Made by a program: the position numbers and the translations under genes. DNA of 64,000 nt from Truepera sp. Its GTDB lineage: Bacteria; Deinococcota; Deinococci; Deinococcales; Trueperaceae. This document shows, in pieces, positions 20,313 to 29,679 of this stretch; within the stretch, counting starts at the first letter, position 1, and each line of letters starts with the position of its first letter. Location of the stretch: contig CBDCKW010000009.1 in assembly GCA_965218435.1 (NCBI GenBank), forward strand, positions 320,001 to 384,000, in the 5' to 3' direction. The notes under the pieces were generated by a model. It was not told where the DNA came from. It saw only the letters and a list, made by a program, of their open reading frames with translations, and ran no database searches.

Positions 20313-20675
20313 ATGGAAGCGAGTTGCGTCAAAATCAAATTGAAACCGGGTTCACTGCTGCGCGTGCGTGAGTGGGCCAACTATATCAGCGCCCATGAAG
20401 CTGAGGCGTTAGCAACCCTTGCAGGTGAAAGTATCGTGCTCGAGTCGTTCTTTTTAGATTCGTCCGAGCATGGGGATTATCTGATCGGGTACATCCGGGC
20501 CGGAAATCTGGGCCAAGCTGCGGAAGCTGCGAAGGTGTCAACGCACGACGCTGACGCGTATCATCAAGCGTTTCAACAGGAAACCTGGGAAGCGGGCGAG
20601 AGGCTCGAGCTGCTCGTTGACCTTAGCCGTGTTGACCTTAGCCGTGTTGACCTTAGCCGTTTGGGGGAGAACTGA
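20313..20675 (+). CDS. DUF6176-like hypothetical protein
   Basis: KIKLKPGS..RVREWA......EALATL..E....ESFFL...DYLI...H.AF pattern. Confidence 0.65.
   Translation: MEASCVKIKLKPGSLLRVREWANYISAHEAEALATLAGESIVLESFFLDSSEHGDYLIGYIRAGNLGQAAEAAKVSTHDADAYHQAFQQETWEAGERLELLVDLSRVDLSRVDLSRLGEN
20616..20660 (+). repeat. Perfect 15-bp x3 in-frame tandem repeat (VDLSR)x3
   Basis: GTTGACCTTAGCCGT three times. Confidence 0.95.
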
Positions 20676-21807
20676 TGTTTAAGCCCCGCCTTTACGCTCC
20701 CGGCCCCGTCGAGGTGCCGCCGCAGGTTTTAGAAGCTGTTTCGCGTCCGGTCGTGCATCACCGCACCCCTGAGTTTAAGGAACTCTTTTTACGGACTCGA
20801 GCCAAACTCGCCGAAGTCGCGTGCGTTCCCCGTGACGATGTACTGATCCTGACGGCAAGCGGCACCGCCGGGTTCGAGGCTGGCCTGCTCGCGTGTGTCC
20901 CTAAAGGTGCGAAGGTCGCGGGCATCAACGCCGGTAAGTTCGGCGAACGCTGGGTGAAACTGGCGCGGCACTACGGCTTTGAGGTCGCTGAGCTGACCCT
21001 GCCGTGGGGACAAGCCGCCGACCCCGAAGCGGTACAGGCTTTTTTGCAAGCTCATCCGGACGTTGCCGCTGTGCTGACGGCGCACTCGGAAACCTCGACG
21101 GGTGTGCTGCACGACGTTCAAGCGATAGCCGCAGTCGTCAAAGAAACGGTGCCGGACGCACTCTTTTTAGTTGATACGGTTACAAGTTTGGGCGTGTCCG
21201 AGTTGCGGCCGAAAGATTGGGGTTTGGACGGAATATTCTCCGGCAGTCAAAAGGGCCTGATGACCCCGCCGGGGCTCGCGTTCGCGTGGCTGTCCGAGCG
21301 GGCGTGGGCACGGTCTGAGAACTTGTTGCCGACCTTTTATCTGGATTTGCGTAAAGAACGCCTTCAGCAGCGCGTGGGACAGACGGCCTATACGCCTGCA
21401 GTGGGGTTAGTGGCGGGGCTCGAGGTCGCTCTCGAGATGCTCTTAGCAGAGGGATTAGAAAACGTTTGGAGACGGCGTGAAACGCTCAACCGTGCCGTGT
21501 TAGTCGGGGCCGCCGCGCTCGGCTGCAACCCCTACGCGGAGCGTCCGAGTGCCGCGACAGCCGCGCTCTACGCCCCTGAAGGTGTCGCTGCGCCCGAGAT
21601 TGTCAAGGCTTTAGTGCGCGTGGAATGCGGATTGCGGGGGGTCAAGACGACGCCAAACCGGTGCTCTTTCGCCCCTCGGTCATGGGGTACGCCGACCGTT
21701 ACGACGCGCTTGTCATCGTCGCGGCGCTCGAGGAGATTTTGCGTGAGTTGGGGCAAGACGTATCACCGGGCCGAGGTTTGACAGCGGCGCTGAATGTCCT
21801 CGGTTAG
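20675..21807 (+). pseudogene. Class V PLP aminotransferase (alanine-glyoxylate/serine-pyruvate type), frameshifted near 21615
   Basis: PGP, HSETSTG, VDTVTS and SGSQKG in one frame; conserved C-terminus RGMRIAGGQD...FR...MG continues in another frame to TAG 21807. Confidence 0.85.
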
Positions 21808-21822
21808 CTGCAAGGTAAAGCG

Positions 21823-22386
21823 GTGAGCCAGCTTTTACTCGTCAGACACGCACAACCTGAGATTCAGCCGGATGTGCCTAGTAACCGCTGGGCGCTTAAC
21901 GGGCAGGGGCGACAACAGGCGGTGCATACCGCTGAACAACTCCGGGCGTATCGCCCTGAAATCATCATCACCAGTGAGGAACCCAAAGCTGTTGAAACCG
22001 GTAAAATTATTGCTGACGCTTTGGACTTGTCTTGCCGCAGCGCCCCCGGCCTACACGAACACGACCGCACCGGCGTCCCGTTTTTCGATGATATAGCGGA
22101 GTTTGAAGCGGCGGTTAAAAGGTTTTTTGAAAACTCGGCTGAGCAGGTATTCGGCGGTGAGAGCGCCGACGATACGAAACAGCGGTTTGTCGGAGCGGTT
22201 CAAGAGGTGCTCGAGGCTTACCCTACCCAAACTGTTGCCATCGTTGCACACGGTACGGTCAATACGCTTTTTGCCCAGGCGTTTAACCCGGTAAGTCCGT
22301 TTGAGCTGTGGCAGACGTGGCCGCTAGCCGGGTACGCGGTCTTATCGCGTCCTGAGTTTGAGCTGAGCAGGCCCCCTGACGCGTAA
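21823..22386 (+). CDS. Histidine phosphatase family protein
   Basis: LVRHA, GLHEH, GGES, VAHG. Confidence 0.9.
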   Translation: MSQLLLVRHAQPEIQPDVPSNRWALNGQGRQQAVHTAEQLRAYRPEIIITSEEPKAVETGKIIADALDLSCRSAPGLHEHDRTGVPFFDDIAEFEAAVKRFFENSAEQVFGGESADDTKQRFVGAVQEVLEAYPTQTVAIVAHGTVNTLFAQAFNPVSPFELWQTWPLAGYAVLSRPEFELSRPPDA

Positions 22387-22398
22387 TATGCTGAGAAC

Positions 22399-22941
22399 GT
22401 GAGTGTCATCAAGGCTGTCTTTTTCGATTCAGGCGACACCTTAGTTGATGAAGGTCAGGAGGTCACCAAAGAGGGCGTCGTCGCCGCCGCCGAGCTGATA
22501 GACGGCGCGGCGGCAACCGTTCGGGCAGTTAAGGCGTTGGGTTACCCGCTGGCGCTCGTGGCCGACGGCTTAGTCGCCAGTTTCAAAAATGTGCTGGGTC
22601 ACTATGGGCTTTTCGAGCTGTTTGACGCGGTGGCCATTTCCGAAACGCTGGGCGTAGAAAAACCTCATCCAAAGATGTTTCAGTACGCGCTCTCGCAACT
22701 GGGAATTCAAAAGAACGACTACAAAAACGTTTTGATGGTCGGTAACTATCTGGCACGGGACATTGCGGGGGCGAATGCACTGGGTTTGACAAGTGTCTGG
22801 CTCGACTGGTCGCCGCGCCGCCCCAAAGTGCCGCAGAGTCAGCTCGAGGTTCCCAACTACACCATTCACGAACCTTTGGAGTTGCTCGAGGTGATTGCCG
22901 CTATTGAAGCCCGTAGAGACTCGCAATTTAAGATGCAATGA
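22399..22941 (+). CDS. HAD-family hydrolase
   Basis: FFDSGDTL, EKPHP, MVGNYLARDIAGA. Confidence 0.9.
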   Translation: MSVIKAVFFDSGDTLVDEGQEVTKEGVVAAAELIDGAAATVRAVKALGYPLALVADGLVASFKNVLGHYGLFELFDAVAISETLGVEKPHPKMFQYALSQLGIQKNDYKNVLMVGNYLARDIAGANALGLTSVWLDWSPRRPKVPQSQLEVPNYTIHEPLELLEVIAAIEARRDSQFKMQ

Positions 22942-23659
22942 CAACCATGTGCGGCGCGTGGGCGTAAAACCGGCTCCGGTCAAAGTCGCCATAAATTTGA
23001 ATATGGGTAAAGCCGTTTTGTAAGAGGGCGCGCTCGAGTTCAAACCGGTAGAAATACCGCTGCGTCAGGGTGCTGCGTTGTCGCCGCAACATCCCGGTTG
23101 CGTCTGTTCGATCCAAAAAATAGCGCGTCGTAAGGGTCTGGGTATCCGAGTCGTGGGTTTGGAGTAACAACAGGTCAGTATCGCGGTCTAAATGGCTCCA
23201 TTCGGGCTCGAGCCGCAAGACATTGAGCTCGTTGAAGTTGGGCGTGTAGAGGTCAAAAGCGAAGCGTCCGCCCGGTGCCAGGTGCGCTCTGACCGTCTGC
23301 AACGCTGTGTCTTGGTCGGACAAGGTGTAGAGGTGCATCAATGTGTTAAAGGGAGCGATGATGAGGGGAAACTGCCGTTCTAGGCGTGCTGTTCTCATAT
23401 CGCCCTGGACATAGGTGACGTTCTTCAGGTTCGCTTCTGCCAGACGCTTTTGACCGCGCCGGATCATTTTAGAGGAGGGCTCGAGCGCCACCACCTCATG
23501 CCCAGCCCGTGCGAGCGCCGCTGAAACGCGGGCCGTGCCTGCGCCGAGTTCAAGCACCGGGCCGCCGTAATCATCTGCTAAACGGGTGTAAAAGGGGAGG
23601 TCGTCGCGGTAGTGCCGGTACTGGAGGTCATACAGCTCGGCTAAAGAGTCATAATTCAT
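22928..23659 (-). CDS. Class I SAM-dependent methyltransferase
   Basis: VLELGAGTAR, QGDMR, HLAPGGRFAFD. Confidence 0.92.
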   Translation of the reverse strand: MNYDSLAELYDLQYRHYRDDLPFYTRLADDYGGPVLELGAGTARVSAALARAGHEVVALEPSSKMIRRGQKRLAEANLKNVTYVQGDMRTARLERQFPLIIAPFNTLMHLYTLSDQDTALQTVRAHLAPGGRFAFDLYTPNFNELNVLRLEPEWSHLDRDTDLLLLQTHDSDTQTLTTRYFLDRTDATGMLRRQRSTLTQRYFYRFELERALLQNGFTHIQIYGDFDRSRFYAHAPHMVVIAS

Positions 23660-23677
23660 ACCGGGTTCATACCGGGT

Positions 23678-25321
23678 TCACACCGGCACGCGGGTCAGGT
23701 CGGTGAGGTGACCGCGCCTCAGCCGTAAAACCCGCTCGGCGGCCTCGGCCAACGCCGGACGGTGGGCGACGACGATCACGAGCCGCGTTTTTGCCTGCGC
23801 CTTAAGCACCTCGACGAGGACGCGTTCACTCTCAGCGTCTAAGCTGGCGCTCGGTTCGTCTAAGAGCAGCACGTCGGGGTCACGGAGGAGAGCCCTGGCG
23901 ACGCTCAGCCGCTGCCGTTGTCCTCCTGAAAGCCCTGCACCACTCTCCGCGAGCACCGCGTCCAAACCGCGTTCCCGAACGGTCTCAGCTAGTCCGACGG
24001 CTTGCAGTGCAGTCCAAAGCGCCTCGTCGGGGAAAGGTTCGCCGAGCGTCAGATTGTCGCGTAGCGAGGCGCGAAAGAGGAGGGTGTCTTGTGGGACGTA
24101 AGCGAGGCGGTGCTGACGTTCGGTTGGCGGATAACGTGACAGGTCGGTTCCGGCCAGTGTGACGGTGCCAGTCGTCGGCGTCAGCAAACCTAAGAGCAGC
24201 TTTAAGAGCGTCGTCTTGCCGCCGCCGCTCGGCCCGGTCAGGGCGATAAGGGCGGGGCCGATCAGTTCTAAAGTAAGGTTATCTAAAACGGTTTCATGGT
24301 CGTGTCTGAAGGTGACGCTCGAGAGCCTCATCACCGGGGAGCGTGGGGGCGGAGGCTCGAGCGGGGGCAGCGCCGTTTTAGGTTCAGTATCATGCAGTTC
24401 CAACAGCCGTGACGCGCCCGCCCGTGCGCTCTGCAGATGCGCGTAAGCTCTCGGTAAAAGCTGGGCGGGCGTTGACAAGAGCGCCAAAAGCGTGACGAAC
24501 GCGCCGACTTCGCCTAAGCTCATCGCACCGTTTTGCACACTCCGGGTGAGGTACAACAGAAGTCCGGCGAGGGCCGCAAAACCCAGAGCTTGTGCGAGGG
24601 GTGTTTGCAGCGCGGCCCAACGAGTACGGCTCGCCTGTGCGTGCGCCGCGCCGAGGTTCGCCGCTTCAAAACGTCCGAGTAGAAACTTTTCTAACCCAAA
24701 TGTTCGCACGACCTCGAGCTGCGCGAGCCCTTCTTGCAGATGGGCGCTGGTCTCTTCTAACATCCCCTGCGTCTGCAAACTCCGCCGCCGGATAAACCCG
24801 CCCGCCCACACGAGCGCCCCCGCCAGCGGCAGCGAGAGGGCGAGCAACAGGAGCGTCGCGCCGGGGTTGACGTAGAGCAGGTACGCAAAACTCAGCGCGA
24901 GGGTGAGCGATTCGGCGATGAAGGTACCAAGACCGACCTGAATAAAAGCCTCGACCTGCGACAAATCAGCTAAGACGCGCCCGGTCAGGCCGCCGCTGGT
25001 TTTTTGCGCACTGCGTTCCGTCTGACCCAGTAAGATGCGGTAGAGTCCCCGCCGCCACGCCGCCGCTACACGCGCCGCGAGGGTGCCGAACAGTGCATCT
25101 TGTGCCCAGAGTGCGATAGCCCCGAGCAGCAGTACGCCGCCGCCGAGCCAGAGCACGCGTGCTAAGGCGTCAAAGTTGCCGCGGACAAATACCTGATCCA
25201 ACAGCGGCTGGACCAAGAGCGGCGCCACGGCGACCCGGACGAGCGCGTTGACTGCAGCGGCGAGTGCGCCCCAGAGGGTCAGCGCCGTGCGCGGGAAGAG
25301 CAGGTTGGGCAGCGTTGCCAC
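23678..25321 (-). CDS. ABC exporter, fused TMD-NBD (MsbA-like)
   Basis: TM region, GPSGGGKT, LSGGQRQR, LLLDE, AHR; directly downstream of the lpxB-like gene. Confidence 0.88.
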   Translation of the reverse strand: MATLPNLLFPRTALTLWGALAAAVNALVRVAVAPLLVQPLLDQVFVRGNFDALARVLWLGGGVLLLGAIALWAQDALFGTLAARVAAAWRRGLYRILLGQTERSAQKTSGGLTGRVLADLSQVEAFIQVGLGTFIAESLTLALSFAYLLYVNPGATLLLLALSLPLAGALVWAGGFIRRRSLQTQGMLEETSAHLQEGLAQLEVVRTFGLEKFLLGRFEAANLGAAHAQASRTRWAALQTPLAQALGFAALAGLLLYLTRSVQNGAMSLGEVGAFVTLLALLSTPAQLLPRAYAHLQSARAGASRLLELHDTEPKTALPPLEPPPPRSPVMRLSSVTFRHDHETVLDNLTLELIGPALIALTGPSGGGKTTLLKLLLGLLTPTTGTVTLAGTDLSRYPPTERQHRLAYVPQDTLLFRASLRDNLTLGEPFPDEALWTALQAVGLAETVRERGLDAVLAESGAGLSGGQRQRLSVARALLRDPDVLLLDEPSASLDAESERVLVEVLKAQAKTRLVIVVAHRPALAEAAERVLRLRRGHLTDLTRVPV

Positions 25322-25325
25322 GAGG

Positions 25326-26558
25326 TTATTCTAAAAGGTGGGCGACGAGTTTCGCGGCGGCACCCGGTTTGGGCATGGTCCCCAGCAGCCTCATACGCCG
25401 CCGGTTGCGTTCGGGTTCGTCCTCGAGCAACCTCAGAACTTCACTCAACACGCCTTGCAGCGTCAGCGTGCCTTTAAGCTCCACCATTAGCGTTTCGCCG
25501 CTCAGGTTGTTCGGCAAACTGACCGGCAGGTGCGGCGCGGCCAAGAGCACCGCGCGGCGTTTTAAGCTGGGGCCGACGAGCGGCAAGAGTGAGAGCCAGT
25601 GTCCGGGACCCTCGAGCGGGATCACTTCGGGTTTGTTGAGGGGTAAAAGCACCACCGACGGGACGCCCGCGATGCCAAGTTCTAAGGTGTTGGTACCGGG
25701 AATCGTTACGGCGAGGTCGGCAGCCCGCATATGGGCGTAACGGGTGGACTCGGGGATGAGCTCGAGCCTCGCCCCACCCGGCGTAAAGACCACGTTTTCA
25801 TCCCTTTTTCCGGCAATCCCCCCCAGCGTGTCTTTTTCAGCCCCGGCAATGCCCTGCGCTAAAGCCTCTTCGCTCAGCAACCGGCTGACCGGCCAGACGA
25901 AGCGGGCGTCTGGGTAGTGCGTATAGAGGGCGTCGGCGAGCGCCAGCATAAACGGAATGATGTGAACGGCGAAACCGTCTCTCGAGCCGCACATCATCAC
26001 GATATGGGGTGAACCGGGCTCTGCTACCGGTTCGCTCAGCTCAACCGCGTCGGCCACGAGGTTACCGACGATTTCCGTGCGGCTTCCCGGCGCACCCAAA
26101 AGCCGCGCCCGCTGTGCGGTACGCGGCGAGTCCACAAAGAGCGCCTGCAGTTTGGTGTGCCAGTACGGGACGAACGAGTAGCGGTAAGCCGGGGCGCGCA
26201 GCCGCGCTGCAAGTTGCAAGGCCAACCCCGCGCTGCCGCCGAGCCCAAGGAGCGCGGCTGCCCCCTGATGTGCTACCGGGCCAAACGCCGACCGGTTGCC
26301 CGCCAGCAAGCCCAAAAAATCTTTCGGACTTGTGACTCTGTCGGCTCCAAAGGTCTCGGCGATCTTCGTTTCGTGGCCGCTGGCAAATTGACACGGAATC
26401 AGGCTGATACTCACGCGCCGCTCGGGGGCCTGCCGCCGCAGTTCAGCGAGGACCGGGCGCACCCAGGTGTAGAGTTCGCCGGGGCCGTTACTGACTAATA
26501 CGATGTCGTTCGCAGTGTTGTTCTCGGTATTGTTCACAGTGTCGTGAGAGGTCACCAT
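25326..26558 (-). CDS. Lipid-A-disaccharide synthase-related GT-B glycosyltransferase (LpxB-like)
   Basis: SNGPGE, VGNLV.D, GSR, PGTNTLEL, SLPN motifs; lpx context. Confidence 0.8.
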   Translation of the reverse strand: MVTSHDTVNNTENNTANDIVLVSNGPGELYTWVRPVLAELRRQAPERRVSISLIPCQFASGHETKIAETFGADRVTSPKDFLGLLAGNRSAFGPVAHQGAAALLGLGGSAGLALQLAARLRAPAYRYSFVPYWHTKLQALFVDSPRTAQRARLLGAPGSRTEIVGNLVADAVELSEPVAEPGSPHIVMMCGSRDGFAVHIIPFMLALADALYTHYPDARFVWPVSRLLSEEALAQGIAGAEKDTLGGIAGKRDENVVFTPGGARLELIPESTRYAHMRAADLAVTIPGTNTLELGIAGVPSVVLLPLNKPEVIPLEGPGHWLSLLPLVGPSLKRRAVLLAAPHLPVSLPNNLSGETLMVELKGTLTLQGVLSEVLRLLEDEPERNRRRMRLLGTMPKPGAAAKLVAHLLE

Positions 26559-26584
26559 ACAGCTACCATATAGTTGTCACAGGC

Positions 26585-27355
26585 TCAGATAAACGAAGAG
26601 AGCCCACGCTTAGAAGCGTCTCTAAAGGAGAGCATCAGCTGCACATCATCACTTAAGAGCGCGAGCTCTTCTAACAGCGCCCAGTCGCGGCGGCGAAAGG
26701 CGCGGATGGCCCGTTCCAGGTCGCGGTAACGCGCGTCACTGACGCCGCGCCGCTTGAGGCCGACCCGGTTGAGGCGGTAGTGCCGCGCCGGATTGCCCCG
26801 AGCCATGCTGTAGGGCAGGACGTCCCGGTTTGCCGCGCTGCCCGCGCCGAGCATCGCATAGGCTCCGATACAGCCATGTTGATGGACGATGGCCGTTGAC
26901 CCGAGCACCGCGTAGTCGCCGACCTGTGCGTACCCGCCGAGTTGAACTTGCGTCGTCAAGACGCAGCCCCGCCCGACCTGAACGTTGTGCGACACGTGAA
27001 CCGAAGACATGACTAGGGTGTCTGCGCCGACTCTGGTTTCATGACCTTCGCCACTCGCCCGGTGAACGGTGACGAACTCACGCAGCGTCACGCGCTCGTC
27101 CAAGACAGCAAAACTCGGCTCGCCGCGAAACGCACTGTCCATCGGCTCACCGCCGACGACGGCGTAGGGTCCGACACGGCACCCGGCTCCGACGCGGCTC
27201 CCAGGATGGAGCACACTGCCGGTCTGAATGACCGCGCCGTCACCGACCCGGACTCCCGCTTCGATCACGGCAAATGGCCCGACCATACACCCCTCACCGA
27301 GTTCGGCGCTCGCTGCGACGACCGCTGAAGGATGAACGGTCGCTGCAACGGTCAT
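26585..27355 (-). CDS. lpxA: UDP-GlcNAc O-acyltransferase LpxA
   Basis: Hexapeptide repeats, GGEPMD, REFVTVHR, HVSHN catalytic His, VHQ, LNRVGLKRRG. Confidence 0.93.
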   Translation of the reverse strand: MTVAATVHPSAVVAASAELGEGCMVGPFAVIEAGVRVGDGAVIQTGSVLHPGSRVGAGCRVGPYAVVGGEPMDSAFRGEPSFAVLDERVTLREFVTVHRASGEGHETRVGADTLVMSSVHVSHNVQVGRGCVLTTQVQLGGYAQVGDYAVLGSTAIVHQHGCIGAYAMLGAGSAANRDVLPYSMARGNPARHYRLNRVGLKRRGVSDARYRDLERAIRAFRRRDWALLEELALLSDDVQLMLSFRDASKRGLSSFI

Positions 27356-27822
27356 GCAGCAAAAACAAACGACAAGATCGCTTCGGCTGCAACCTCATCA
27401 CCGACGAGGGCCTGGGCTTCAACTCGGCATAACCGGCGGCGAAAGAGCACGATGGTTCCGGTCAGCCGCAACACGTCACCGGGCACGACCTTGCGCTTAA
27501 ACTTGGCTCCGTCTACCCCGGCGAGGTAACCGATTTGCGGCTCGGCGTCCGGCCCGGTCCAGCCTTCACGGACGGCTAAGCCGACCGCCGACGCCTGCGC
27601 GAGCGCCTCTAAAATCAACACCCCCGGCATCACCGGCTCGCCTGGGAAGTGGCCCTGAAAATACGGTTCGTTAAACGAGACGTTCTTACGGCATTCAAAC
27701 GCGTCACCGTGTTGCGAGACGAAGGCGTCTACCAGCAAAAAAGGGTAGCGGTGCGGGAGCAGCGTGCGTAAGTCGAGTGGGTCTAAAGGGGTGCTTAGGC
27801 TGGGGCTCGAGCCAGTACTCAT
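27352..27822 (-). CDS. fabZ: 3-hydroxyacyl-ACP dehydratase FabZ
   Basis: LPHRYPFLLVD, NEPYFQGHFP, PVMPGVLILEALAQ. Confidence 0.96.
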   Translation of the reverse strand: MSTGSSPSLSTPLDPLDLRTLLPHRYPFLLVDAFVSQHGDAFECRKNVSFNEPYFQGHFPGEPVMPGVLILEALAQASAVGLAVREGWTGPDAEPQIGYLAGVDGAKFKRKVVPGDVLRLTGTIVLFRRRLCRVEAQALVGDEVAAEAILSFVFAA

Positions 27823-28805
27823 ACCGGCACCGTCTGCCGGAGCTGGTTTTGCACGTGCAACTCGGTGACGAGCTGCGTCGCAAGCTGCAGCGCCCGCACA
27901 TCGTCGTCTAAGGTACCGATTGGTGGCGTGTTGCGGCGGATACGGGCAAGAAAATGCTCTAACTCGCGCCGTAACGGATTATCTTCATGCACAATCACGC
28001 GGTCCATCTGGATTTCAGAGTGCCCGGTCGTGTGGCCGCTACTCTCAGTTACGGGCCGGTAAACCGAAACTTCAGTGTGCGGCTCTTTGCCGAAGTCTAC
28101 CCGGAGCGTCTGCTTCCTTTCAGCGATGACCAGCGTGCGTTCGGCGTCGGGGGCGACCCGTGAGGCCAAAAATCGGGCGATACAGCCGTTTTGAAAGGTG
28201 ATCTGCGCGGCGGCGATGTCTTCATGACCGGTGCCGCTCAAGATGTGCCCGGAGACGTGCACGCTCCTAATCGGATGCGGCACGATGCCCAGCACGATGT
28301 CAATATCGTGAATCATCAGGTCTAAAATAACGCCGACATCTTGAATCCGGGCGTTGGGCGTCAGCCGCCGCGCTTCGATCAAGTAGGGTTCGCTGATACG
28401 CTCGCCTAAAAGTTCAACAGCTTGATAAAAGCGGGTGATATGCCCGACTTGTAAGATCAGACTCCGGGCGCGGCTCAGTGCGGCCATCCGCTCGGCTTGA
28501 GCAACGCTGCTGGCGACCGGTTTTTCGACCATCACGTGAACATCGGCGTGTAAGAGCTGCTCAGTCACGGAGCAGTGATGGCTGGTCGGTGCGGCGACGC
28601 TCGCGGCGTCAAGTGTTTTTGCGGTTAACAGTGAGGCCACGTCGGGATAGGTGGCGACGGCAAAGCGTTGCGCAGCTTCGGCGCGGCGCTCTTCGCTCGG
28701 GTCAACGACGGCGACGAGGTCGGTATGCGGCAGCGCGGCGTAAACGCCCGCGTGATTTTTACCCATCACCCCAAAACCAACGACGGCGACGCGGAGGCGT
28801 TTCAT
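27819..28805 (-). CDS. Gfo/Idh/MocA oxidoreductase (GnnA-like by context)
   Basis: VVGFGVMG..H, EKP, QVGH..RF, DLMIHDID. Confidence 0.88.
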   Translation of the reverse strand: MKRLRVAVVGFGVMGKNHAGVYAALPHTDLVAVVDPSEERRAEAAQRFAVATYPDVASLLTAKTLDAASVAAPTSHHCSVTEQLLHADVHVMVEKPVASSVAQAERMAALSRARSLILQVGHITRFYQAVELLGERISEPYLIEARRLTPNARIQDVGVILDLMIHDIDIVLGIVPHPIRSVHVSGHILSGTGHEDIAAAQITFQNGCIARFLASRVAPDAERTLVIAERKQTLRVDFGKEPHTEVSVYRPVTESSGHTTGHSEIQMDRVIVHEDNPLRRELEHFLARIRRNTPPIGTLDDDVRALQLATQLVTELHVQNQLRQTVPV

Positions 28806-28869
28806 ACGGTACCTGCCCCCGTACTCTCGTTAAAATTGAAATGCCTTTTGGGTGGGCTGCAAGTTGTGG

Positions 28870-29679
28870 TCAAGGTAACTCCCCGGCTTCACCCGCAGGC
28901 GAAGGCTCGAGTGAGAGTAACATAGCTTCACCTAACATGGCCCGCGCGAACCCGACATGGGCGCTGTGTGAGCCCCGAATGACCTCGAGCCGCCCCACCA
29001 CAGGCCGTCCGAGCAGATAAAAGTCCCCGAGCGCGTCGAGCGCCTTATGGCGAACCGGTTCGTCGGGCGTACGGAGCTGCGTCATCGGCCCCTCGTCGCC
29101 GTAAACGACCGCGTTGTCTAAGCTTGCAGCGGTTGCCAAACCGTGCTCGCGCAGCTGCTCGAGATCGCTTAAAAAGCCGAACGTCCGAGCGTGCAGGAGT
29201 GTTTCATACGCCTCCGGCCCCCCACACCACCGCTGCTGCCCGATGGCGGGGTGGGCGAACGCGATTTCAGCGCAGAGTTCGGGTCTGCCGGGTAGGGCGC
29301 GGCCGCGCGTTTCGCCTTGCTGGAAGCTGAACTCGTGACCGACGACAAACCCCGGTGGTGCAGGTGGCGGTGCGCCGAGGGCGTCTAACAGGTCTAACCA
29401 GGGCGCAGCAGAACCGTCTAAAATCGGCACTTCGTCGGCGGATACCTCGATCACTAGACCCTCCCACCAACCGCGCACCGCGAGCGCCGCTAACAGGTGC
29501 TCGACCATCAAAACCTGATACCCGCCCCGGCCCAGCGTCGTACTGCGGTTCGTCTCGGTGACGTACTCGAGCCGCGCCGGAATCTCCTCTTTGCCGCGCC
29601 GAAACCGCACCCCGCCCGCCGCCCGGTGCAGATGCACCCACGACGGCGCACCGGTGTGGAGGCCGTACCCGCTAATCAC
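28870..29679 (-). CDS. lpxC: UDP-3-O-acyl-GlcNAc deacetylase LpxC
   Basis: [42 protein letters not shown]. Confidence 0.95.
   Translation of the reverse strand: MISGYGLHTGAPSWVHLHRAAGGVRFRRGKEEIPARLEYVTETNRSTTLGRGGYQVLMVEHLLAALAVRGWWEGLVIEVSADEVPILDGSAAPWLDLLDALGAPPPAPPGFVVGHEFSFQQGETRGRALPGRPELCAEIAFAHPAIGQQRWCGGPEAYETLLHARTFGFLSDLEQLREHGLATAASLDNAVVYGDEGPMTQLRTPDEPVRHKALDALGDFYLLGRPVVGRLEVIRGSHSAHVGFARAMLGEAMLLSLEPSPAGEAGELP

Noticed and set aside
22928..23659. Methyltransferase as Leptospira LmtA-type lipid A methylase
   Set aside because: LmtA is an integral membrane enzyme; this is a soluble class I Rossmann methyltransferase.
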